DNA of 64,000 nucleotides from Pseudomonadota bacterium (GTDB lineage Bacteria; Pseudomonadota; Gammaproteobacteria; UBA6186; Azoamicaceae): NCBI GenBank assembly GCA_052034335.1, contig JBPOIR010000010.1, positions 2,483 to 66,482 of the forward strand, read 5' to 3'. Shown piece by piece: positions 19,688 to 28,900 of this stretch (position 1 is its first letter; each line of letters starts with the position of its first letter). The notes under the pieces were generated by a model. It saw only the letters and a program-made list of their open reading frames with translations, ran no database searches and was not told where the DNA came from. The position numbers and the translations under genes were made by a program.

Positions 19688-22600
19688 ATGTTCAAAGCTA
19701 GTAATTCGAAGCATGAAGTTAAACAAGAAGCTGAATTTAATAGTATCGCTATTTTAAAAGAATTAAAACTGTTTTTTACAAACAATAAGCACCAGAATTT
19801 AGAACCTCAGGATTGTGAGCGATATAATCGTATTTTAGAAGCACATAATGCTGTTTTGGTTTATGACGAAGAAGAAAGAACACATAAGCTTTGGTTAAAC
19901 GATGAGCCTTTAGACTCGCAAAGTGCTATTCAGGTGCTTAGCGCAATAATAGAATCTTTAGAGCCATTGAATACTCAAACAGACAGGACTCCTAAAACTG
20001 CTAGCTCTACTACAAGTCCCACTAATACCTATGTTCAAGAGCAGGTAAAGCCCAGTGCTTCTGGGGTTGGACGAGATAAGATTAAGATTAAAGGTGGGAT
20101 TGTTGCTGGAGGCCAGGTGCATTTTGGTGATGTTCATAATATTTATATCAACCATGTAGACGGTGCTCATATCGCTACTAATAACCCAGTTTCGCCTCCA
20201 TTAGATGAAGCAGATTTGAATGCAAAAGCAGCGCAACTAGTCGAACAACTTAAATTAGGTTACTGCACATCAGAATATACCACCATTCCAGGTATCTTTG
20301 GGCCGTCTTTGAAATTGGAGGGGCAGTACATTAATTTGCAGATATTATGCACAGACCTAAAAACTATAAAGCCACGAGAAGATAAAGAATTAAAAGAATC
20401 TTTAGAGGCAAAACCTACGGAGAAATATAAAGATGCTCGCATGGCCAGTGTCGAAGATTTATTTGGCGATAAACGTGTGATTAAAACTGAGGATTTATTT
20501 AAGCCGACACGGGAGTTGTTTAATAATCAAGTATTGGAAGCCAAGAATAGCAATGAAATACCCCGCCTGCTATTAGTACAAGGCCGTGCAGGTATTGGTA
20601 AAACCACTTTTGTGCGCTATGCAGCACACCAATGGAGTAGAGGACAGCTCTATACAAACTATACTTGGGTATTTACCTTAACCTTACGTAAACTCCGTCT
20701 TTTGCCCAAAACACCCGAACTGAGCTTATCCGAGTGGATACGCTTAAGCCAATTCTCTGATTGGTCTACAAAAGAATTTGATGAGCTTTGGCAGCAGAGC
20801 ATTGAAGGTGCCATCCATCAAAATCAAGTGTTGTTAATTCTAGACGGCTATGATGAAACGCCTGAAGAACACCCTTGCCAATCCATCCTCGAGCAATTGC
20901 TAAGTGGGAGCGGTAGATATGCCAAACTGAATTTACTAATAACAACCAGACCCGTTAGTGCAGAGAAAATTAGTCAAAAACGACGTAACCTCGAAATCAT
21001 TGGATTCACTGATGCAAACATCAATGAATACATCCAAAGCTATTTTGAATCTTCTGAAGAAATTTTAGTGAACACTTTTACAGAAGCCTTACGAAAACAA
21101 CCTATCATTTGGGCTAATGCGCATATCCCGCTCAACCTCAACCTTTTATGTGGTATTATGGAGGAGGCCATTCAAAAAGCTCAAGCTGACGGCTTAAACC
21201 AAGCACTTGCAGGTTTATCTTCGATGACTCGTCTCTATCAAGTGATGGAAAAAAAGCTCTATGAACGATCTTACACCCGACGCGATGCAGTCTTGCCGAA
21301 TGTAGTCAGGCTGCACATAAGAGCAGCGAGCGATTTCACCCAACATTATGAAAAAGAGCGTCTTTTTTTAGCAAAGCTCGCTTTTCAAAGTTTTGAATCA
21401 GAGCGCATCATTATTTCCTTGCAAGCCATAGGAGACACTCTCGCGGCTTATGTTGATAAAGAGGCTCCCCAAAACCAACAGCAAAAAGAAGCATTAGGTG
21501 ACGCATTTTTTAAAACAGTTTGTGAATTGGGGCTAATTAAGCCAGTTCTAGATAAAAGCGGTTTGTCACAAACAAAGCAAGATTATGAATTTCTGCACTT
21601 AACCTTTCAGGAATATTATACAGCCATTTATATTGCCTCGCGATTGAGCAGCAAAGAGTCCGCAGCCCAAACCTTCGCTCAAAGCATAATAGCAAAAGAA
21701 AAATACAACCCCCGCTGGCAAATTGTATGGTGGTTTGTTGCAGGTTTGCTCAGAGAAAATACACCGGTTTATCAAGCCTATTTACAACAACTGCAAGGCC
21801 AGTCCGCAACACAAAAAGACATCTTCGAACATTACCCCTTAGGATTATTAACCCGCTGCATTGATGAGGGCTTTAGTCCACAGAATCAGCAAGTGATTGA
21901 ACCGATTGTAAAAGAATTGCAGCTTGGTTTTTTAAGACTATATCAAATAGCAAAAAATGTAACCAACAATGATAGTCATGAGCTGGAAACGCTAGCGTTC
22001 ATAAATTCTCCGTTTTTTTCTGCTTGTCGGATTAGTCTGAACCTTTGCATGAACGGAAGGCAAGATTTATATGAATTGATTTCGGAATCTAATGAACTAG
22101 AGGACAGATATTTTTTATCAGAATGGATAGGCGCTATTCGGGTTATAACACCAAAGGCACTGGATGTATTCTTGGAGTTGCTCTCAGATAAAAAGAGCGA
22201 TGCACGTCTCTCTGTCGCACGGGCATTGGGTAAACTTAATAATGCTGCTGCCACGCCAAAGATAGTAGAAGCACTCTTAGGATTGCTCTCGCATAAAAAT
22301 CGTGATATGCGTAGTTCTGCCGCAAGCGCACTCGGCAATCTTGGTGAAGCTGCGACAGAAAAGGCAGTGGCCGTCCTTCTGAGATTGCTTTCGCATGAAA
22401 ATAGCCATGTGTGTAGCTCTGCCGCAGAGGCACTTGGTAATCTTGGTGAAGCTTTTGCTATACCAGAGGTGGTGAATGCGCTTCTGCAGCTGCTTTCCAG
22501 TAAAAAGAGCAATGTACGTCTCTCTGCTGCACGGGCATTGGGTAAACTTAATAATGCTGCTGTCACGCCAAAGGTAGTAGAAGCACTCCTAGGACTGCTC

Positions 22601-24217
22601 TCGCATAAAAATTGTGATGTGCGAAGTTCTGCTGCAGAGGCACTGGGTGAGCTTGCCGAGGCTGCGGCCACACCAGAAGTATTAGGCGCGCTTCTAGAGC
22701 TACTCTCGGATGATGAGGGCTTAGTATCCGATTGTGTCGCATTGACGCTGAGTTGTCTTGGCAAGGCTATTACGCCAAAGGTAGTATTATTGGACACGCT
22801 CCAAGAGCGGCTTTTCGATAAAGACAACAGCGATATGCGCCGCCACGCTGCAGATGCAGTGGGTTATCTTGGTGAGGCTGTTGCCACGCCAAATGTATTG
22901 GATCGACTGCTCAGGCTGCTTTCAGATGAAGATAAAAATGTACGCAGTTCTGCCGCACGGGCACTGCGGGCACTTAATGATGCCGCTGCCACGCCAGAGG
23001 TAGTAGATGTGCTCCTGGCACTACTCTCAGATTCGGATAAAGGCTGTGATGTACGCTACTCTGCCGTAGAGGCAGATGTACGTAGCTTTGCCGCAAAGAC
23101 ACTGGGTTATCTTGGTAAGGTTGCTATGACAAAGGTAATGGACGCACTACTAGCATTGCTGTCGGATAAAGATAGAATTGTGCGCAGCTCTGCCGCAGCG
23201 GCATTGGGTAATCTGGGTACTACTGCTGCAAAGCCACAAATACTGGAAGCACTTTTGAGCCTGCTGTCGGATAAAGACAGTGGTGTGCGCAGCTCTGCTG
23301 CAGTGGCATTAGGTAATCTAAGTACCGCCGCCGCAACGCCGCCAATACTGAATAAGCTTTTGAAACTGCTGTCGGATAAAGACAGTCGTGTGCGTCACTC
23401 TGTCACAAGGGCACTGGGAAGACTAGGAAGGGCACTGGGTAATCTTGATAGAGCAAAGATATTGGATGCACTGTTGAGGCTGTTGTCGGATAAAGACGAT
23501 GGTGTGCGCAGCTCTGCTGCAGCGGCATTGGGTAATCTGAGTACATCTGCTGCAACGCCGCTAATACTGAATGCGCTTCTGGAGCGGTTTTCGGATGAAG
23601 ACAGAGATGTTCGGATCTCTGCTACAAAAGCTTTTGATAAATTGAGCAATACCTTAGCCCCTCCGGCATTTTTAGATTGGCTTTTAACAATCTCTTCCGC
23701 TGAGAATAATAATAAAACAACATTATATTGTTTCGAAACACGTATAGAGACAGTATTTACGCTGATGCCGTCTGTTGGTTCAGAGCATGCCAATCATCCT
23801 AACATCTTGGCTTTTGTATCTTATGCTTTAGCAATAGCATACCTAAATAGCCGCATTGTTTGTCAAATTGGTTTTGATAAAGAAGGAGCAAATACAGGCT
23901 ATTACATGCGAGGAGTTGTAGGAAAATCGCGCTATCGTATTTTAATTACCGAAGAACAAGCCCAAATCTTAGAGCGTTTATCGCCTTTGGTAATAGAGCA
24001 GCTATCAAAAACAGGGAGGCTAGATATTGCAGACTTAGAAAAACAGTTAAAGTGCAAACCAATGGGTCACAGTTTGGAGAGAGGAGAGGTTATAATGCAT
24101 GCTGAGAGTGAGTGTGAACGAAAAGGTTCACCACTGTTAAGGCAATATCAACAGGGTTTCCGAGATTCTGCCAGAGCTGACCAAAATCAGGTAAGGGGTG
24201 TGTGCAGAATTAGTTAA
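19688..24217 (+). CDS. NACHT NTPase with N-terminal shared module, PBS-lyase-type HEAT repeats and a CaaX-like tail
   Basis: 1509 aa. The module is at ~19727-19978, followed by a GRDKIKIKGG...VHFGDVHN linker. Walker A is GRAGIGKT, Walker B is LLILDGYDE, and LLITTRP is present. Repeats resemble LL.LLSDKD..VRSSAA.ALGNLG. The protein ends ...VRGVCRIS*. Confidence 0.9.
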   Translation: MFKASNSKHEVKQEAEFNSIAILKELKLFFTNNKHQNLEPQDCERYNRILEAHNAVLVYDEEERTHKLWLNDEPLDSQSAIQVLSAIIESLEPLNTQTDRTPKTASSTTSPTNTYVQEQVKPSASGVGRDKIKIKGGIVAGGQVHFGDVHNIYINHVDGAHIATNNPVSPPLDEADLNAKAAQLVEQLKLGYCTSEYTTIPGIFGPSLKLEGQYINLQILCTDLKTIKPREDKELKESLEAKPTEKYKDARMASVEDLFGDKRVIKTEDLFKPTRELFNNQVLEAKNSNEIPRLLLVQGRAGIGKTTFVRYAAHQWSRGQLYTNYTWVFTLTLRKLRLLPKTPELSLSEWIRLSQFSDWSTKEFDELWQQSIEGAIHQNQVLLILDGYDETPEEHPCQSILEQLLSGSGRYAKLNLLITTRPVSAEKISQKRRNLEIIGFTDANINEYIQSYFESSEEILVNTFTEALRKQPIIWANAHIPLNLNLLCGIMEEAIQKAQADGLNQALAGLSSMTRLYQVMEKKLYERSYTRRDAVLPNVVRLHIRAASDFTQHYEKERLFLAKLAFQSFESERIIISLQAIGDTLAAYVDKEAPQNQQQKEALGDAFFKTVCELGLIKPVLDKSGLSQTKQDYEFLHLTFQEYYTAIYIASRLSSKESAAQTFAQSIIAKEKYNPRWQIVWWFVAGLLRENTPVYQAYLQQLQGQSATQKDIFEHYPLGLLTRCIDEGFSPQNQQVIEPIVKELQLGFLRLYQIAKNVTNNDSHELETLAFINSPFFSACRISLNLCMNGRQDLYELISESNELEDRYFLSEWIGAIRVITPKALDVFLELLSDKKSDARLSVARALGKLNNAAATPKIVEALLGLLSHKNRDMRSSAASALGNLGEAATEKAVAVLLRLLSHENSHVCSSAAEALGNLGEAFAIPEVVNALLQLLSSKKSNVRLSAARALGKLNNAAVTPKVVEALLGLLSHKNCDVRSSAAEALGELAEAAATPEVLGALLELLSDDEGLVSDCVALTLSCLGKAITPKVVLLDTLQERLFDKDNSDMRRHAADAVGYLGEAVATPNVLDRLLRLLSDEDKNVRSSAARALRALNDAAATPEVVDVLLALLSDSDKGCDVRYSAVEADVRSFAAKTLGYLGKVAMTKVMDALLALLSDKDRIVRSSAAAALGNLGTTAAKPQILEALLSLLSDKDSGVRSSAAVALGNLSTAAATPPILNKLLKLLSDKDSRVRHSVTRALGRLGRALGNLDRAKILDALLRLLSDKDDGVRSSAAAALGNLSTSAATPLILNALLERFSDEDRDVRISATKAFDKLSNTLAPPAFLDWLLTISSAENNNKTTLYCFETRIETVFTLMPSVGSEHANHPNILAFVSYALAIAYLNSRIVCQIGFDKEGANTGYYMRGVVGKSRYRILITEEQAQILERLSPLVIEQLSKTGRLDIADLEKQLKCKPMGHSLERGEVIMHAESECERKGSPLLRQYQQGFRDSARADQNQVRGVCRIS
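22140..23680 (+). repeat. HEAT (PBS-lyase-like) repeat-coding region, approximate limits
   Basis: Repeated D.[DN]..VR.SAA.ALG.L......P.....LL.LLSD units. The region is locally GC- and Ala-rich, which explains the long antisense ORFs. Confidence 0.75.
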
Positions 24218-24520
24218 TTAAGCGACCAATATTAATGATGTCGCAAGATCTGCGTATTTGAGTGTGCTATTGGTTGACATAGTAAGCCAGGCTAAACGAG
24301 CCGGCGTAGCAAAAATTTTACTAAAAAATCAACAGCTTAAAATTTGACTTGTCGGACTGAAAAGCATGTGCTCGCCACACATTTATTGTGTCTACCTAAA
24401 CATTTTATTAGTCGGTTTACAAGTATGATTCTATTTTGAGAAAAATTTCAAAATTTTTTATTTTTCAAATACGGGCAAATGTGGTTATAATGGAGCTAGC
24501 TTAGGCAGGGAGAAATGACT

Positions 24521-25892
24521 ATGACTTCTGATAGAAGCGATTCAAAAAAATGACGAAAAAGCATTTTTTGAGCTTTTAAGTCTAAAAGTAAACCCTTTTG
24601 GAAAAAAGATTATTGATGAAGTGGATACTGAATCTGAAGGAAGTGCGTTATATTGGGCAGCTGCTTGTGGTCGTCTTGATTTTATAGCTCCTTTAATTAA
24701 AGCGGGAGCAGATGTCAACAAAGCGGATAAATACGGTTGGACACCAACTTATATTGCTGCTTATTATGGGCGTGCGGAGATTATAACTGCCTTAAAGGTT
24801 GGTGGCGCAGATGTGAATACGCCCAATGACAGTCGTACAACGCCGGTTTGTGCGGCTGCATAGACTGGGGGCGCAGAGGCCATAACTGTACTTAAAGCTG
24901 CAGGTGCAAATGTAGATATCCCTGAGGTTAATGGTCTAACGCCGGTTTATATTGCTGTTGAAATGAGAGATATAAAAGTTATTAGTGCTTTATTGGAAAC
25001 GGGAGCCAATGTGAATAGCAAAACACTCCATGGTACGCCGCTAGAGTTGGCTAAACAAGGCACAACACAAAGAGACCAAGACATCGTCAGGTTGCTAGAA
25101 GCCCATTTACAGCAGTATTCCAACGGCATCAAGATTCTGGTTGCAAATCGTGAATCGACTCAATTAAATCAAGAACGACCTCAAGCAGATTTTGTAGCAC
25201 AAGCACAATATGACAATCCAAATGTAGAAGCCAAAGCAGGCAGGGCTGTTGTCACAATTACTGGAGGCGTTAGAGGGTCTGAGGTGGTTATTGACAGCGG
25301 GAATTTAAGTTCCACTGAGATTAGTCAGAACAGTTCAGATAGTAATCCTAAAGCAGCAGCTGCAGTAGATAATATAGCTGTTTTAAAGAAATTAAAATTA
25401 TTTTTCATGAGCAATAAGTACAAGGCTTCAGAATCTCCAGATTGCGAGTTATACAATAGAGCACTAGATTCCCATAAAGCTATGCTGGTTTACATTGAAG
25501 AAGAACGGGTACATAGACTCTTTGTAAATGATGAGCCTTTAGAACCGCAAAATGCCATTAAGACACTGACCAAGATGATAGCGTCTTTACAAGCATTGAA
25601 TACGCAAAATGTGAACACGGCTTCCAATGCTGTTAGTAATACTACAAATCCTGGTAATACTCGCGTTCAAGCACATGGAGGACGAGATGTGATAACGATT
25701 ACAGGTGATGTGACGAGTAGAGGCCTAATGTGCATTGGTGGCGGTGATACGCATCATAACTTTACAGCTTATAATCAGTTTAAAAACCAAACCGCTGGTC
25801 AGTACAATATTATCGGCGTTGTTAATAACAGCGGCAATATGCAACTAGGAAATGGAAATACGCAAAACAATAAGATTTATACAGAACCTTAA
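24521..25892 (+). pseudogene. Ankyrin-repeat protein gene 3, disrupted by a 1-nt frameshift at codon ~3 and an in-frame TAG
   Basis: The ATG at 24521 is out of frame with the conserved (M)TLIEAIQKNDEKAFFELL reading. A TAG at 24861-24863 replaces the Tyr codon of the conserved CAAAYGGH motif. The rest (track ORFs 24621-24863 and 24963-25892) is colinear with the other two ankyrin genes. Confidence 0.8.
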
Positions 25893-25921
25893 AATTTAAA
25901 CTATCTAAAAGGAAAAATATT

Positions 25922-28900
25922 ATGTTCAGGGCTAGTAATCCAAATCATGAGAGCAAACACGAAGCTGAATTAGGTAACATCGCTATTTTAAAAGAATTAA
26001 AGCTATTTTTTATAAATAATAAGCATCAGGGTTCAGAATCTCAGGATTGCGAGCGGTACAAAAACGGTTTAAAAGCGCATAATGCAGAGCTGGTTTATGA
26101 TGTAGAAGAAAGAGTACATAAAGTTTGGATAAACGATGAGCCTTTAGAGCCGCAAAGCACAATCCAGACGCTTACCGCAATCATAGAATCTTTAGACGCA
26201 TTAAACCCTCAAAGCGTTGACGGGAGTTCTAATTCTAGCGCTGCCCTAAGTCTTGGTAACACTGTGATTAAAGCGCATGCAAAGGAGGGATCTGCCATAG
26301 CGATTGGAGGTTCCATTAATGCTAAAAAGGCGTATTTAGGTGTTGATACCGTTATAAATAAGCCTGTTTATATCAATTATGCGTCTGCATTAGATGAATC
26401 AGCTTTAAATGCCAAAGAAACACAAGCAGTCACACAGCTTAAAGCAAGTTACTCCACACCGGAATACACTACTATCCCAGGCATCTTTGGACCACCTTTG
26501 AAACTAGAAGGACAATATATTAATTTACAGATACTGTGCACAGACTTGAAAACTAAAAAAATAGAGGAAGATAAAGAATCACAAGATTTGACAAAGACAA
26601 AAGGTGACGAAAAATATAAAGATGTCCGCATGGCAAGCGTAGAAGATTTATTTGGTGATAAGCGTGTGATTAAAGCTGAAAGCTTATTTAAGCCCATTCG
26701 GGAATTATTTGGTAATCAAGTATTGGAAGCTAAGGATACAGATGAAGTACCCCGTTTATTATTGGTACAAGGCCGCGCGGGTATCGGTAAAACGACTTTT
26801 GTGCGCTATGTGGCGCATCAATGGAGTAAAGGGCAGCTCTATAGAAACTACGCTTGGGTATTTACCTTAACATTGCGTAAACTCCGTCTTTTGGCGCATA
26901 TCCAGGAGCTTAGCCTACCTGAGTGGATACGGCTAAGCCAATTTAGCGACTGGGAGCAAAAAGAATTCGATGAACTTTGGAAACACCGAATTGATTCCGC
27001 CATTCGTCAAAATAAAGCACTTCTCATCTTAGACGGCTATGATGAAACGCCTGAGAACCATCCTTGTCAATCTATTCTTAAAAGTTTGTTAATGGCTGGT
27101 AGAAAATATTCTAGTATTTCACTATTAATAACAACTCGACCTTGCGGTGCTCAGGAAATTACCGAAAAGCGACGCAACCTTGAAATTATTGGCTTTACAG
27201 ATGACAACATCAACCAATACATTCAAACCTATTTTTCGAAGGCTCCCGATAAAGCACTGGTTAATACCTTAACGGAGACCTTGCGTAAACAGCCCGTTAT
27301 TTGGGCTAATGCGCATATTCCGCTTAATCTTAATTTATTATGCGGTATCATGGAGGAGACCATTCAAAAAACACAAGTTGAAGGCTTAACCCAAGGACTT
27401 GCACAATTATCTTCCATGACCCGCTTATATCAAGTCATGGAAAAAAAATTATACGAATGGTCTCACAGCCGACATGATACTGGCTCACTTAAGGTAGGCA
27501 GACAGTTGATAAGAGCACAAACCGATTTTATTAAACATTATCAAAAGGAACGTCTTTTTTTAGCACAATTGGCTTTTCAGAGTTTTGAGACAGAACGCAT
27601 CATTATTTCGCTACAGGTGATAGGAGAGGTTCTACAGGCTTATGTTGATAAAGAAGTAACCCAAGGTTCGCAAAGAAGCATTCAGCAAGAAAAAGAAAGA
27701 CTAGCCGAAGAATTTTTTGACGAAGTTTGCAGACTGGGATTGATTAAGCCCGTGTTAGATAAAAGCGGTTTTCGACAAACCCAGCAGGATTATGAATTTC
27801 TGCACTTAACTTTTCAGGAATATTACGTCGCAATTTATCTAGCAGAAGGACTTGGCAGTGAAAAGTCGGCAATCAGAAATCAAGTTGAAAAAACAATATT
27901 GAGAGAAAAATATAATCCTCGATGGCAAATTGTATGGTGGTTTATTGCTGGCTTATTGCGAGAAAATGTGAGTGTTTACGAGGTTTATTTACAACAATTG
28001 CAAGGTAATCAATGCGCGGGTCAAATGTTAACACAAGATATATTGGAACATTATCAATTGGGTTTATTAACACGCTGCCTAGATGAAGGCATTGAGCTAC
28101 ATAATCGAAACGTAATTGAATCGATTGTAAAAAAAATTCAGAACAATTTTTTAAATCTATATCAAATAGCAAAACATTTAAAAAACAATAACACAACTTT
28201 TAATGTTAAAGATTTAGAATTAGTACAATCTTTCTTTTTTTCTGCTTGTAGGATAAGTCTAAATTTTTGCATACGTGAGCAGCAAGATTTATATGCTCTG
28301 GTTTCAGAGGTTAGTGAAAGTGAGGATAAGTATTTTTTATTAGAATGGATAAGCTGCATTCGAATTGTAACGCCAAGAGTATTGTCCATGCTCGTTTGTT
28401 TATTGGGGGATATGAACAAGGATGTATGTTGCGCTGCAATAAAGGCGGTGGGCGTGCTTGGTGCAACCGCTGCGATCCCACAAATACTGGATGCGCTGGT
28501 TCTGTTGTTGACGGATGAAAAGAGAGGTGTACGCTCTGATACCGTAAAGATGGTGAGTAAACTAGGTGCTGCGGCTGCTACGCCAAAGATATTAGATGCT
28601 CTAGTGAGGTTGTTTGCGAATAGGAATGAAGGCAAATATGCGGCACAAGCAGTCAATAAATTGGGTGCAGCCGCTATACCACAAGTACAGAAAGCACTAA
28701 TGGCGTTGTTCGCAGAGGATGAAGAATATACAAGCTATCTTGTAGGAGAAGTGACTAATCATACTATAGGATTAGTGACTGCACTAGGCTCAGCTGTCGC
28801 GACCCCAGAGATACTTGCTACATTGAGGGGAGTGATCTGCAATTGGGATGTTAGTGCGCGATGTAATGCCCTATGGGCGGTAGGTGAACTTGGTTCAATC

